A DNA stretch of 64,000 nt from an uncultured delta proteobacterium (GCA_963842085.1 CAWJET010000001.1:1088001-1152000); one strand, 5' to 3'; positions 18,914 to 29,036 are shown, counted from the first letter of the stretch. Notes: generated by a model not told the origin, from the sequence alone. Program-made: numbers and translations.

Positions 18914-19453
18914 TCACGCCGCGTGGCCTTTTTTTGCGCGCGCCATCGCGGCTGGCCGCTTCGCATTGGCCAGGCCGAGGCCCATCGCAGCTTTGCGCGC
19001 GCGCCACCTTTCCAGCATCGCCGGCAACTCGGTCTGCATGAACTCGAAGAACGCGAGCGTCTCGGCGATCCGCGCGCCGGCCGGCGTGTCGCGCCCAACC
19101 ACGTCGATTCCTTCGCGCAGGCTCCGCTCGCATCGATCGAGCACCTGGTCCTTGCGGGCCATCGCCTCGTACCAGGTCTCGCTGTGCACGCGGTAGTGCT
19201 CGCGCCGCGAGCCGGGCTCCGCTTCGCGGCTGGCCAGATTGACCTGAACGAGGTAGCGAACCGCGCCGGATATCGCAGCCGGGCTGACGGCGAGCAGCTT
19301 GGCCAACTGCGCCGCGGTAAGCCTGCCCGAATCGGCGGCGAGCAGCGCGGCGAACACCCGCGCCGGCATTCTGGGAAACCCGGACGCAGTGAGCACGGCG
19401 GCGAAGCGCTCGATGAATCCCGAGCGGGCTTTATCCCGATTCACAGATTTCAC
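18914..19453 (-). CDS. GbsR/MarR family transcriptional regulator
   Basis: 3' part of ORF 18914..21220: FIERFAAVL..SGFPRMPARVFAALL...SPAAISGAVRYL...GSRREHY. Start GTG 19453 or 19444. Confidence 0.85.
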   Translation of the reverse strand: MKSVNRDKARSGFIERFAAVLTASGFPRMPARVFAALLAADSGRLTAAQLAKLLAVSPAAISGAVRYLVQVNLASREAEPGSRREHYRVHSETWYEAMARKDQVLDRCERSLREGIDVVGRDTPAGARIAETLAFFEFMQTELPAMLERWRARKAAMGLGLANAKRPAAMARAKKGHAA

Positions 19454-19491
19454 AATATCGTGAAAATACTGTAACCTGCCAAGGGGGTCAA
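19448..19491 (-). promoter_or_regulatory. Sigma70 promoter and palindromic operator of the GbsR/MarR gene
   Basis: Minus strand TTGACC(19491-19486)-N17-TATTTT(19468-19463). TTTCAC-N6-GTGAAA palindrome at 19448-19465 overlaps the -10 and start. Confidence 0.65.
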
Positions 19492-19561
19492 GCAGAACCG
19501 AGGGAGTGGACGCGGGTGGCGCGCGCGCGGCAAGATTGACGATGCGGCGCAGGCGCTCGCG

Positions 19562-21535
19562 ATGAACCCGGAAACGCAATCCAATTCCTCGGACCTCACC
19601 CCGGGCTTCGGCGGGCTGCGCGTCATCGCGTTCGAGAGCCGGATGGCGGCCGAGGTCGCCACGATGATCGAGCGGCGCGGCGGCGTCGCGATTATCGCGC
19701 CGGCGATGCGCGAGGTGCCGCTTGAAGACAATCACGCGGCGCTGGATTTCGCCGAGCGTCTGCTGGGCAACGAAAGCGAATTCGAGGTGGTCATCTTCAT
19801 GACCGGCGTCGGCACGCGCGCGCTGTTCGCGGCGATGGAAACGCGGCATCAGCGGGCGGCGCTGGTCGCGGCGCTGGCAGCGATCACAACTGTGGCGCGC
19901 GGACCGAAACCGATTCGCGCAATGCGCGAACTCGGCATCGAACCGTCGATCGTCGTGCCGGTGCCGAACACCTGGCGCGAAGTGCTGAGTGCGCTCGCGG
20001 CGCGGGTCGAGCTCAAGGGCAAGCGCGTCGCCGTGCAGGAATACGGAGTATCCAATCACGAGCTGACAGCGGGGCTCGAGGCGCGCGGCGCCCGGGTCAC
20101 GATTGTTCCGGTATATAGATGGACGCTGCCGGCCGACCGCGCTCCCCTGCGCGCGGCGTTGGACGCGATTGCGGCGGGCGCGGCGGACGTCGCGATTTTC
20201 ACCAGCTCGAACCAGGTCACGAACGTGATTCAGCTCGCGGAGGCCGAAGGAATCGGCGACGGCGTCAAGCGCGGATTCGCGCGCATGGCGGTGGGCTCGA
20301 TCGGGCCGGTTTGCTCGAAGCAGATTCGCGCGTACGGGCTTCACGTTGACTTCGAGCCCGAGCACTCGAAGCTCGGCCACCTGGTCAAAGAGGCGGCGGC
20401 GCGGGCGGCTTCGATTCTCGTCGCGAAGCGCCCGCACGCGGCTCGGATCGAAGCGGTGGCGTCGCCAACTCCGCGGAGCGCCTTGATTTCGAACGCGCCG
20501 CGCTCCCCGCACGCCGAGCATCCGATGATGAAGGCGTGCCGGCGCGAGGCGACGCCCTACACTCCGATTTGGCTGATGCGGCAGGCGGGGCGCTACATGC
20601 CGGAGTATCGGCGCGTTCGCGAGCAGCATGGCTTTTTGGAGATGTGCAAGCGGCCCGAGCTGTCGGCCGAAGTCACGGTCACCGCGGTCGAGCGGCTCAA
20701 GGTGGATGCGGCAATAATTTTCGCCGACATCCTGCTGCCGCTGATCCCGATGGAAGTCGGGCTCCATTTCGAGAAGGGCGACGGGCCGGTGATCGATCGC
20801 CCGATTCGCACCGACGCCGACCTCGAACGGATGCCCGCCGTCGATGTGGCCGCGCTCGGCTTTGTCGGCGACGCGATCAAGCTGGTGCATCGCGCACTCG
20901 GCGCGACGACTCCACTCATCGGATTTGCCGGGGCGCCGTTCACGCTCGCGTCGTACCTGATCGAAGGCGGCTCGTCGCGGCAATACCAGGCGACCAAAAC
21001 TTTCATGTACACCCAGCCCGAAACGTGGCATCGCCTGATGGAGCGGCTGGCGCGCATCACGGCGGACTATCTGACGATGCAAATCGCGGCGGGCGCCGAC
21101 ATCGTGCAGATTTTCGACAGTTGGGTTGGCAGCCTCGGGCCGGACGACTACCGGCGCTTCGTGCTGCCGCACACGGCGTCGGTAATTGCGGCGATCCCCG
21201 CCGACGTGCCGGTGATCCATTTCGGAACGGTGACAGGGAACCTGCTCGAACTGATGCGCGAGGCAGGCGGCGACGTTATCGGGCTCGATTGGCGTGTCGA
21301 TCTCGCAGACGCGTGGGCGCGGCTCAACTACAGCGTCGCGGTGCAGGGCAACCTCGATCCGATCGTGCTGTTCGCGGACGTTTCAGAAATCCGCGCACGC
21401 GCGCGCGCCATTCTCGATCAGGCCGGCGGCCGGCCCGGGCACATTTTCAATCTCGGCCACGGAATACTTCCGGAGACGCCAGTCGATCACGTGATCGCGC
21501 TGGTCGATGCGGTTCATGAGATGAGCGCGCGCTGA
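19562..21535 (+). CDS. hemE: Fused uroporphyrinogen-III synthase (HemD) / uroporphyrinogen decarboxylase (HemE)
   Basis: N-terminal HEM4 domain (FMTGVG, ARGPKP, PVYRW, FTSSNQV, SIGPVC). C-terminal PIWLMRQAGRYMPEY, FADILLP, FNLGHG. Confidence 0.93.
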   Translation: MNPETQSNSSDLTPGFGGLRVIAFESRMAAEVATMIERRGGVAIIAPAMREVPLEDNHAALDFAERLLGNESEFEVVIFMTGVGTRALFAAMETRHQRAALVAALAAITTVARGPKPIRAMRELGIEPSIVVPVPNTWREVLSALAARVELKGKRVAVQEYGVSNHELTAGLEARGARVTIVPVYRWTLPADRAPLRAALDAIAAGAADVAIFTSSNQVTNVIQLAEAEGIGDGVKRGFARMAVGSIGPVCSKQIRAYGLHVDFEPEHSKLGHLVKEAAARAASILVAKRPHAARIEAVASPTPRSALISNAPRSPHAEHPMMKACRREATPYTPIWLMRQAGRYMPEYRRVREQHGFLEMCKRPELSAEVTVTAVERLKVDAAIIFADILLPLIPMEVGLHFEKGDGPVIDRPIRTDADLERMPAVDVAALGFVGDAIKLVHRALGATTPLIGFAGAPFTLASYLIEGGSSRQYQATKTFMYTQPETWHRLMERLARITADYLTMQIAAGADIVQIFDSWVGSLGPDDYRRFVLPHTASVIAAIPADVPVIHFGTVTGNLLELMREAGGDVIGLDWRVDLADAWARLNYSVAVQGNLDPIVLFADVSEIRARARAILDQAGGRPGHIFNLGHGILPETPVDHVIALVDAVHEMSAR

Positions 21536-21539
21536 CACG

Positions 21540-22463
21540 ATGGCCGCAAAGGCAAAGTGCGACGCGATCCTGATGATCGGATTCGGCGGACCGACGCGCG
21601 CCGACGAGGTGCGGCCGTTTCTCGACAATGTTCTGCGCGGACGGCCAATCCCGCGCGAGCGCTACGAGGAAGTCGTGCATCATTACGATCTGCTCGGCGG
21701 ACGCTCGCCGTACAACGAACTCACGATGCGGCAAGCCGCTGCGCTGCGCGCGAAGCTTGAGAAAAGAGGCGGGCGCGTGCCGGTCGCGGTCGGGATGCGC
21801 AACTGGGAACCGTACATCGCCGAGTCGATGCGGGCGCTCGCCGGCGGCGGAGCGCGGCGAGCCCTCGGCTTCATCATGGCGGCGCATCGTAGCGAGGCGA
21901 GCTTCGAGCGCTACCAGGCATCGGTCAACGACGCGCGGAATGCGTTGGGCGAAGCGGCGCCCGAGGTCGTGTATCCGCAGACCTGGCACGACCATCCGCT
22001 GTTCATCGCGGCGGTGGCGTCGCGCACGCGCGAGGCGTTCGCGCGCCTCGACGCAGGCGAGCGATCGCGCGCACGGCTGATCTTCACTGCGCACAGCATT
22101 CCGGTCCCGATGGCGCAGGCTGGGAGGTACGTCGAGCAGCTTGCGCAGTCGGCGCGGATGGTCGCCGCGGAGCTTGGGCTCGGCACGTGGCAATTCGCCT
22201 ATCAAAGCCGCAGCGGCAGTCCGCGCGAAGTGTGGCTCGAACCCGACATCAAGGAAACGCTGCGGAGCCTCGACGCGAAGGCGGCAGTCGTCGTGCCCAT
22301 CGGTTTTTTGTGCGATCACGTCGAGGTGCTGTACGATCTCGATATTGAGGCGGCGCAGATCGCGCGCGACGCTGGAATCCGGATGGAACGCGCGCCGACT
22401 GTCGGCGACCATCCGCTGTTTATCGAGATGATGGCGTCAATCGCGGCAGCATACGTGCGCTGA
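21540..22463 (+). CDS. hemH: Ferrochelatase
   Basis: GGRSP, FTAHSIP, YQSRSG...WLEP, GFLCDHVEVLYDLD. Confidence 0.95.
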   Translation: MAAKAKCDAILMIGFGGPTRADEVRPFLDNVLRGRPIPRERYEEVVHHYDLLGGRSPYNELTMRQAAALRAKLEKRGGRVPVAVGMRNWEPYIAESMRALAGGGARRALGFIMAAHRSEASFERYQASVNDARNALGEAAPEVVYPQTWHDHPLFIAAVASRTREAFARLDAGERSRARLIFTAHSIPVPMAQAGRYVEQLAQSARMVAAELGLGTWQFAYQSRSGSPREVWLEPDIKETLRSLDAKAAVVVPIGFLCDHVEVLYDLDIEAAQIARDAGIRMERAPTVGDHPLFIEMMASIAAAYVR

Positions 22464-22488
22464 GCTGCCATTCGAGGGAGAACCTCAG

Positions 22489-23925
22489 ATGAACGCCGGC
22501 CCACAAATCAAGAGAGTTGCGGTAATCGGTGCGGGAATCACCGGGCTCGCGGCGGCGTATCGGCTGCGCGAACTGGCGGCCGCGCGCGAACTTCCGCTCG
22601 AAGTGGAATTGCTCGAGCGCGGCGCGCGATGCGGTGGTGCGCTCGAGACGATTCGCCGCGACGGATTCGTAATCGAGACCGGCGCGGATTCATTCCTGTC
22701 GGAAAAACCCGCGGCCGCCGAGCTGGCGCGGCGGCTTGGCCTCGGCACCGAGCTGATTCCGACGCGCGAGGTTTACCGCAAGACCTGCGTGGTGCGCGCG
22801 GGGCGGCTGGTCGAGATTCCCGCGGGATTTTCGCTGCTCGCGCCGGCGCATCTCGGACCGGTTTTCCGAAGCCGGCTTTTTTCGCCGCTCGGAAAACTGC
22901 GGATCGCGCTGGAGCCGTTCATCGCCAAGCGAACCAGCGACGACGACGAGAGCATGGAATCATTCGTGACGCGGCGGCTGGGGCGCGAGGTGCTCGACCG
23001 CGTCGCCCAGGCGCTCGCCGGCGGTATCTACACCGCCGATCCGAAACGGCTCAGCATGACGGCGACGATGCCGCGCTTTGTCGAGATGGAACGGCGCCAC
23101 GGCAGCGTCGTCAGGGGAATGCGCGCGGCGGAGAACGCGCGGGCGTCGAAAAGTTCGGACGTAAGCGGCGCGCGCTGGAGCCTGTTCCAGAGCTTTCGAA
23201 ATGGAATGGCGACGCTGCCCGAGGCGCTCGCGGCGCGGCTCGGCACGTCGATGCGCAAGGGCGCGGAAGTCGTCGCGATGTCGCGAAACGGGGACGGCTG
23301 GCGGCTCGCGCTCGCGGGCGCAGGCGCGATCGATGCCGACGCGGTAATCTGCGCGGCGCCGGCGTACTCGGCTTCGTGTATCGTGGCGGCGATCGCGCCG
23401 GCGGCTGCGAAGATGCTCGGCGAGATCAGCTACGCGTCCGCGGCGACGGTCAACCTGACGTTTCGCGAGAGCGACTTCGACGGCCCGCCGCGAGCGTTTG
23501 GCTTCGTGGTCCCGGCGATCGAGCATCGGCGAATAATCGCGGGCAGCTTTTCGAGTTTCAAATTCGAAGGACGCGCACCCGCCGGCGCAATCCTGGCGCG
23601 CGCGTTCGTCGGCGGAGAGATGAGCCGCGAAATGATGAGCCTCAGCGACGACGAGATGGTCGCCGCGGTGCGCGACGAGTTCCGCGCGTTGCTCGGAGTC
23701 AGCGCCGCGCCGGGATTCACCGAAGTCAGGCGATGGCCCGACTCGATGCCGCAGTACGAAGTCGGGCACTTGGCGCGCGTCGCGGAGATCGAGCGCGCCG
23801 TCGCGGACATTCCAGCGTTCGCAATCGCGGGCGCCGCCTATCGCGGCGTCGGGATTCCCGACTGCGTGCGCAGCGCCGAAGACGCGGCGGATGCGATCTT
23901 CGCGAGACTCTCGACGACCAAATGA
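22489..23925 (+). CDS. hemG: HemY-type FAD-dependent proto/coproporphyrinogen oxidase
   Basis: VIGAGITGLAAA, ETGADSF, GIY, RWPDSMPQYEVGH, GVGIPDC. Confidence 0.92.
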   Translation: MNAGPQIKRVAVIGAGITGLAAAYRLRELAAARELPLEVELLERGARCGGALETIRRDGFVIETGADSFLSEKPAAAELARRLGLGTELIPTREVYRKTCVVRAGRLVEIPAGFSLLAPAHLGPVFRSRLFSPLGKLRIALEPFIAKRTSDDDESMESFVTRRLGREVLDRVAQALAGGIYTADPKRLSMTATMPRFVEMERRHGSVVRGMRAAENARASKSSDVSGARWSLFQSFRNGMATLPEALAARLGTSMRKGAEVVAMSRNGDGWRLALAGAGAIDADAVICAAPAYSASCIVAAIAPAAAKMLGEISYASAATVNLTFRESDFDGPPRAFGFVVPAIEHRRIIAGSFSSFKFEGRAPAGAILARAFVGGEMSREMMSLSDDEMVAAVRDEFRALLGVSAAPGFTEVRRWPDSMPQYEVGHLARVAEIERAVADIPAFAIAGAAYRGVGIPDCVRSAEDAADAIFARLSTTK

Positions 23926-25172
23926 GCATCGAGGCTTTCAGCGGCGGCAGCACGGCCCATTGGCCGCGCGTGATCGCGCATGCTGACATGGACGCGTTCT
24001 ACGCGTCGGTCGAAGTGCTTGACAATCCCGCCCTGCGCGGCCTGCCGGTGATCGTGGGCGGCCGCAGCGCGCGCGGCGTCGTCACCTCGGCGTCGTACGA
24101 GGCGCGCAAATTCGGCGTCCGTTCCGCGATGCCGACCGGGCAGGCGCGCAAACTGTGTCCGCAGGCGATTTTCGTCCCCGGCCGGATGGATCGCTACGTG
24201 GAAATCTCGCGCGTGGTGCGCCGCGTGTTCGAGAGCTTCAGTCCGATCGTCGAACCGCTCTCGCTCGACGAGGCATTTATCGATCTGACCGGCACGGAAC
24301 GTCTGCTCGGGCCGCCGCTAGACGTGGCGCACTCTCTCAAGCGCCGCGTGCTCGAGGAAACTGGGCTGGTCGCATCGGTGGGCGTCGCGCCGACCAAGAT
24401 GGCGGCGAAAATTCTGAGCGACATGTCGAAGCCCGACGGTCTGCTCATGGTCGGACCGGAACAATTGCGCGACTTCCTGACCCCGCTTCCGGTCGAAAGG
24501 CTGTGGGGCGTCGGACGCGTGACGCTTGCGCGCATGCATGATTGCGGAATCAAGACGGTCGGCGATCTCGCGCTGCGCGACCCGGCAGAGTTGAAGAGCA
24601 TGTTCGGCACGATGGGGCCGCATCTGCATGAACTGGCGTCGGGCAATGACACGCGCAGCGTAGTCGCCGACTGGCAGCGCAAGTCATACGGCGAGGAAAA
24701 TACTTTCGCGCACGACCTGGCGCTCGATTCGAATGAATTGCGGCGCGTGCTGATAGCTCATGGCGACGCGATCGCGCGACGGCTTCGCGCGGACGGCGTG
24801 CGCGCGCGGACGATCACGCTTAAGCTGAAACTTGCGCGTCCGCTCGGCGGCGGGCGCTATCCGCTGATCACGCGCAGTTTTTCACTGGAGGGCGCGACCA
24901 ACGACGGGCCGGAAATTTCGCGCGTCGCGACGCAGTTCCTGTCGAGGGTCGGCGGCAAGGAAAAGATTCGCCTCGCCGGAGTACAGGTGCATCAGCTCGA
25001 GCGCGCGGATAATTCGCAGCTCGGGCTGTTCGAATCAGCGCCGGTCCAGGATCGCAAGCGCGACCGGTTGAGCCGGGCGCTCGATTCGGTGGCCAGGAAG
25101 TTCGGCGACGAGGTCGTCACCCGCGGGCTGGCGCGCGCGGAGCGCGCCGCGCCGACGCGGCGGATCAAATGA
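23922..25172 (+). CDS. dinB: DNA polymerase IV
   Basis: HADMDAFYASVE, SYEARKFGVRSAMP, SLDEAFID, clamp motif QLGLF. ATGA overlap with hemG. Confidence 0.95.
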   Translation: MSIEAFSGGSTAHWPRVIAHADMDAFYASVEVLDNPALRGLPVIVGGRSARGVVTSASYEARKFGVRSAMPTGQARKLCPQAIFVPGRMDRYVEISRVVRRVFESFSPIVEPLSLDEAFIDLTGTERLLGPPLDVAHSLKRRVLEETGLVASVGVAPTKMAAKILSDMSKPDGLLMVGPEQLRDFLTPLPVERLWGVGRVTLARMHDCGIKTVGDLALRDPAELKSMFGTMGPHLHELASGNDTRSVVADWQRKSYGEENTFAHDLALDSNELRRVLIAHGDAIARRLRADGVRARTITLKLKLARPLGGGRYPLITRSFSLEGATNDGPEISRVATQFLSRVGGKEKIRLAGVQVHQLERADNSQLGLFESAPVQDRKRDRLSRALDSVARKFGDEVVTRGLARAERAAPTRRIK

Positions 25173-25179
25173 CCGCGGC

Positions 25180-25209
25180 TTGCAAAGATTGATTAACTAT
25201 AGTTAATAT
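25180..25209 (+). promoter_or_regulatory. Promoter with a perfect 16-bp palindromic operator (MarR-type)
   Basis: ATTAACTATAGTTAAT at 25192-25207, lying between TTGCAA (25180-25185) and overlapping TAATAT (25204-25209). Confidence 0.65.
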
Positions 25210-25217
25210 CTTGCCTG

Positions 25218-25694
25218 ATGCAAGCATTCGGACGACGCGACCCGATCTTCCGCGCGATCGAGGCGATGACGGCGCTGGCGGAGATCTTCGAACGCCGCCG
25301 CGAGGCGCTGGCGCGCGGCGCGGGTATCACGATCGAGCAGTGGCGCGTGCTCGAGGAAATTTCGACCGAGCACTTTATTCCGTCGATGTTCGCGCGCAGC
25401 CGCGACAGCTCGGCGGCGGCGGTATCGAAAATATTGCGCCAGCTCCTCGACGGCGGCCTGGTCTCGGCCGCGATTGGGCGCGCCGACCGCAGGAACCGCA
25501 GTTACAGATTGACGGCGAAGGGAAACAGGACGCTGGCCGGCCTGCGCGCGTCGCGCCGGGCGGCGATCGAGGCGATTTGGACGGGATTTTCGCGCGACGA
25601 GCTGGCCGCGTTCAGCGCCTTCGCCATCACGCTGTCGGATCGGATCGAACGCTATTCGCGCGGGAAAAATGAGAGGCGGGCAGCGGCGGTTTGA
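25218..25694 (+). CDS. MarR family transcriptional regulator
   Basis: GITIEQWRVL, AAVSKILRQLLDGGLV, DRRNRSYRLTAKG. Confidence 0.88.
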   Translation: MQAFGRRDPIFRAIEAMTALAEIFERRREALARGAGITIEQWRVLEEISTEHFIPSMFARSRDSSAAAVSKILRQLLDGGLVSAAIGRADRRNRSYRLTAKGNRTLAGLRASRRAAIEAIWTGFSRDELAAFSAFAITLSDRIERYSRGKNERRAAAV

Positions 25695-25745
25695 TGAATC
25701 GAAGTTTCGCAATAAAATTGTTACGCCGCGGGAGTTGAAACCGTA

Positions 25746-27155
25746 ATGGCCGCAAAAACCCTGTTCGAGAAAATCTGGGAAGACCACGTAGTCCACGAAA
25801 AGCAGCACGAGCCTTCCCTGCTCTACATCGACCTGCACCTGGTGCACGAGGTCACCTCGCCGCAGGCGTTTGAGGGATTGCGCCGATCGGGGCGCAAAGT
25901 CCGCGCGCCGCATCGCACCTACGCCACGCAGGATCACAACGTGCCGACGACCGATCGGAGCAGGCCGATCACCGATCCCGATTCGAAGCTCCAGATCGAG
26001 ACGCTCCGGCGCAATTGCACAGAGTTCGGTCTCAGGTTGTTCGATATCGGCTCGCGCGAGCAGGGAATCGTGCACGTCATCGGCCCGGAGCTCGGGCTTA
26101 CGCAGCCGGGCATGACGATCGTATGCGGCGACAGCCATACCGCGACCCACGGCGCGTTCGGCGCGCTCGCGTTCGGCATCGGCACCAGCGAAGTCGAGCA
26201 CGTGCTGGCGACGCAGTGCCTGTGGGAAGAGCGTCCGCAGACGTTTGAGATTCGCGTCGAGGGCAAGCTCGGCACGGGAGTCGGCGCGAAGGATTTGATC
26301 CTCGGCATCATCGGCAAGATCAAGACCAACGGCGCGACTGGGCACGTGATCGAATACCGCGGCGCAGCCGTCGAGGCGTTGTCGATGGAAGAGCGGATGA
26401 CGGTGTGCAACATGTCGATCGAAGGCGGCGCGCGCGCCGGGATGGTCGCGCCGGACAGGACCACAGTAGAGTACCTGCGCGGGCGCCGGTACATCCCAGG
26501 CGGCAAGGACTTCGACGAACTCTCGGCGCGATGGCTCGAATGCCGCACCGACGACGGTGCGACTTTTGATCGCAGTGTGGTGTTCGACGCCGCGACGTTC
26601 GCGCCGCAGGTGACGTGGGGCACGAATCCCGGGATGGTCACCGACGTTCGGGGCAGCGTGCCGAATCCCGCCGAGATTGGCGACAAGGAGCAGCGCGATA
26701 CCGTCGAGCGGGCGCTGACCTACATGGCTTTGCGGCCAGGCACGAAAATCGAGGACATCAAGATTGATCGCGTATTCATCGGATCGTGCACGAACTCGCG
26801 GCTGAGCGATCTCAAGGCCGCCGCCGGTATCGTCCAAGGGCGCAAGGTTGCGCCGACGGTTCACGCGATGGTGGTGCCCGGCTCGCAAGCGGTCAAGGCG
26901 GAGGCGGAGAGCCTCGGGCTGGACAGAATTTTCACGGAAGCGGGTTTCGAGTGGCGCGAATCGGGATGCAGCATGTGCCTGGCGATGAACCCCGACGTGT
27001 TGCAGCCGGGCGAGCGATGCGCCAGCACCTCGAATCGCAACTTCGAGGGGCGGCAAGGCAAGGGCGGCCGCACGCACCTGGTGAGTCCCGCGATGGCGGC
27101 GGCGGCAGCGATTGCAGGGCACTTCGTCGACGTGCGTGAGTGGGCGAATCGGTAG
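25746..27155 (+). CDS. leuC: 3-isopropylmalate dehydratase large subunit
   Basis: [51 protein letters not shown]. Confidence 0.98.
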   Translation: MAAKTLFEKIWEDHVVHEKQHEPSLLYIDLHLVHEVTSPQAFEGLRRSGRKVRAPHRTYATQDHNVPTTDRSRPITDPDSKLQIETLRRNCTEFGLRLFDIGSREQGIVHVIGPELGLTQPGMTIVCGDSHTATHGAFGALAFGIGTSEVEHVLATQCLWEERPQTFEIRVEGKLGTGVGAKDLILGIIGKIKTNGATGHVIEYRGAAVEALSMEERMTVCNMSIEGGARAGMVAPDRTTVEYLRGRRYIPGGKDFDELSARWLECRTDDGATFDRSVVFDAATFAPQVTWGTNPGMVTDVRGSVPNPAEIGDKEQRDTVERALTYMALRPGTKIEDIKIDRVFIGSCTNSRLSDLKAAAGIVQGRKVAPTVHAMVVPGSQAVKAEAESLGLDRIFTEAGFEWRESGCSMCLAMNPDVLQPGERCASTSNRNFEGRQGKGGRTHLVSPAMAAAAAIAGHFVDVREWANR

Positions 27156-27165
27156 GGAGACAACC

Positions 27166-27771
27166 ATGCAGAAGTTCAAAAATTTTACCGGGATGGTGGC
27201 GCCGCTTGATCGCGCCAACGTCGATACCGATCAGATCATACCCAAGCAGTTTCTCAAGGCCGTCGTTCGAACCGGCCTCAAGGCGGGGCTGTTCATCGAC
27301 TGGCGGCGCAATGCCGACGGCAGCGAGAATAAGGATTTCGTGCTGAACAAGCCGCGCTTCCGGGGCGCATCGATTTTGGTGGCGCGCAACAACTTCGGCT
27401 GCGGCAGTTCGCGCGAGCATGCGGTGTGGGCGCTCGATGACGCCGGCTTCCGCGCGGCGATCGCGCCGGAGTTCGCCGACATCTTTCAGAACAACTGCCT
27501 CAAGAACGGTTTTCTTCCGGTCACGCTGAAGCCCGATGAGGTCGAGCATATTTTTCGCGCGACCGGCGACTACGAGGCCTACCGGCTCACGATCGACCTC
27601 GAAAAGCAGACCGTGTCCGACGATTTCGGCTGGACGGCGCATTTCGAGATCGAGCCGTTCGACAAGAAGTGCCTGCTGGAAGGTCTCGACGACATCGCGT
27701 TGACGCTCGCGCACCAGGATCGGATCGTCGCGTACGAGAAGGCGCATCCACTGCCGCATCGCTTCGAGTAG
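27166..27771 (+). CDS. leuD: 3-isopropylmalate dehydratase small subunit
   Basis: NVDTDQIIPKQFL, NFGCGSSREHA. RBS GGGAG before ATG 27166. Confidence 0.98.
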   Translation: MQKFKNFTGMVAPLDRANVDTDQIIPKQFLKAVVRTGLKAGLFIDWRRNADGSENKDFVLNKPRFRGASILVARNNFGCGSSREHAVWALDDAGFRAAIAPEFADIFQNNCLKNGFLPVTLKPDEVEHIFRATGDYEAYRLTIDLEKQTVSDDFGWTAHFEIEPFDKKCLLEGLDDIALTLAHQDRIVAYEKAHPLPHRFE

Positions 27772-27777
27772 GTTCCT

Positions 27778-27999
27778 ATGAAGGCAATCCAATCGATGAC
27801 AATCATCGCGCTGTTCTCGACGGCGCTGACCGGATGTTGGTTTTATTCGCGGCCTGACACAGCGACGGGCTGTCAGAAGACCACCTACGGCGTCGTGACC
27901 GACTCGACCACCACCGAGAACTGTCCTCCTCCCACTAACGGAGGCACTCCGGCGCCGCCGTCGATCGCACCGCCGATACCGCCGCCCGCGACGCCGTGA
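27778..27999 (+). CDS. Small putative lipoprotein
   Basis: Signal with lipobox LTGC, two further Cys, Pro-rich tail. 6 bp after leuD. Confidence 0.55.
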   Translation: MKAIQSMTIIALFSTALTGCWFYSRPDTATGCQKTTYGVVTDSTTTENCPPPTNGGTPAPPSIAPPIPPPATP

Positions 28000-28028
28000 T
28001 TCGCGCGTCGATGCGGTAATTCACGCTC

Positions 28029-29030
28029 GTGATTGTTCCGACGACCATCACCGCTGGCGCCGAGCACGATCGCATGCGGCTGGACGTGTTCGTTTCGATG
28101 CGCCTGGCGCCGGAGTACTCGCGTTCGCAAGTGGCGCGGATGATCAAGGTGGGACTGGTGACGGTCAACGGCGAGGTTGCACGCGCGTCGAGCGGAGTGC
28201 GAACGGGGGATCGCATCGACGTCGCTGCGGCACCGGCCGGTGCGCCATACGATCCTTCGGGTTACAAGGAAGGCGACGCGCCCGAGATTCCCATAATCTT
28301 CGACGACGACGAAATAATCGTCGTGAACAAGCCCGCCGGCATGACGGTGCATCCCGCGCCCGGGCATCCCGCCGGCACGCTGGTGGACGCTCTGCTCGCG
28401 CGATTTCCCGAGCTTGCCGCGATGGCCGAGCCGGACGGCGTGCTCCGTCCCGGGATCGTGCATCGCCTCGACAAGGACACCTCGGGCGTGATGGTGGTGG
28501 CGCGGACTCCCTTTTCGCGCACCGCGCTATCGCGGCAGTTCAAGGAGCGCAGCGTCAGCAAAACCTACCTTGCGCTCGTCAAGGGCATCGTCGCGCGCGA
28601 CCGGCTGACGATCGAGCGGCCCGTCGGGCGGCATCCCGTCGAGCGCAAGCGGATGTCGGTGCGATCGCATGCGCCGCGCGACGCCGTCAGCCATGTCACG
28701 GTGCTCGCGCGGTTCGCCCCCGCCGACGCCGATGAAGCAGGCACGTCGTTGGTGCGAGTGAACCCCGACACTGGCAGGATGCATCAGATTCGCGTGCATC
28801 TCGCGTCGATCGGTCATCCCTGCCTGGGCGATCCTTTATATGGCGGCAAGGCGGGCGGTGAATTTTTCCATCGACAGGCGCTGCATGCGCTGGCGCTTTC
28901 GATCGCGCATCCGCGCTCGGGCGATCGGCTCGAGTTTATCGCACCACTGCCAAACGATTTCGTCGAATTTCTCACGCAGAAGTCATTTGCCGCGGATGCG
29001 CGCGAGCTTCGGCGATGGATCGAACTTTGA
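28029..29030 (+). CDS. rluD: RluA family pseudouridine synthase (S4 domain, RluD-like)
   Basis: RLDVF S4 domain, VNKPAGMTVHP, GIVHRLDKDTSG, TGRMHQIRVH. Confidence 0.9.
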   Translation: MIVPTTITAGAEHDRMRLDVFVSMRLAPEYSRSQVARMIKVGLVTVNGEVARASSGVRTGDRIDVAAAPAGAPYDPSGYKEGDAPEIPIIFDDDEIIVVNKPAGMTVHPAPGHPAGTLVDALLARFPELAAMAEPDGVLRPGIVHRLDKDTSGVMVVARTPFSRTALSRQFKERSVSKTYLALVKGIVARDRLTIERPVGRHPVERKRMSVRSHAPRDAVSHVTVLARFAPADADEAGTSLVRVNPDTGRMHQIRVHLASIGHPCLGDPLYGGKAGGEFFHRQALHALALSIAHPRSGDRLEFIAPLPNDFVEFLTQKSFAADARELRRWIEL

Positions 29031-29036
29031 TGCGTG

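Noticed and set aside
18914-21220. 768-aa minus-strand ORF
   Set aside because: Only the last ~180 codons (GbsR/MarR) are real. The rest is an antisense shadow of hemD-hemE.
22629-23921. Apparent long N-terminal extension of DinB (847 aa)
   Set aside because: It is an off-frame overlap with hemG in high-GC DNA. DinB homology starts at ATG 23922.
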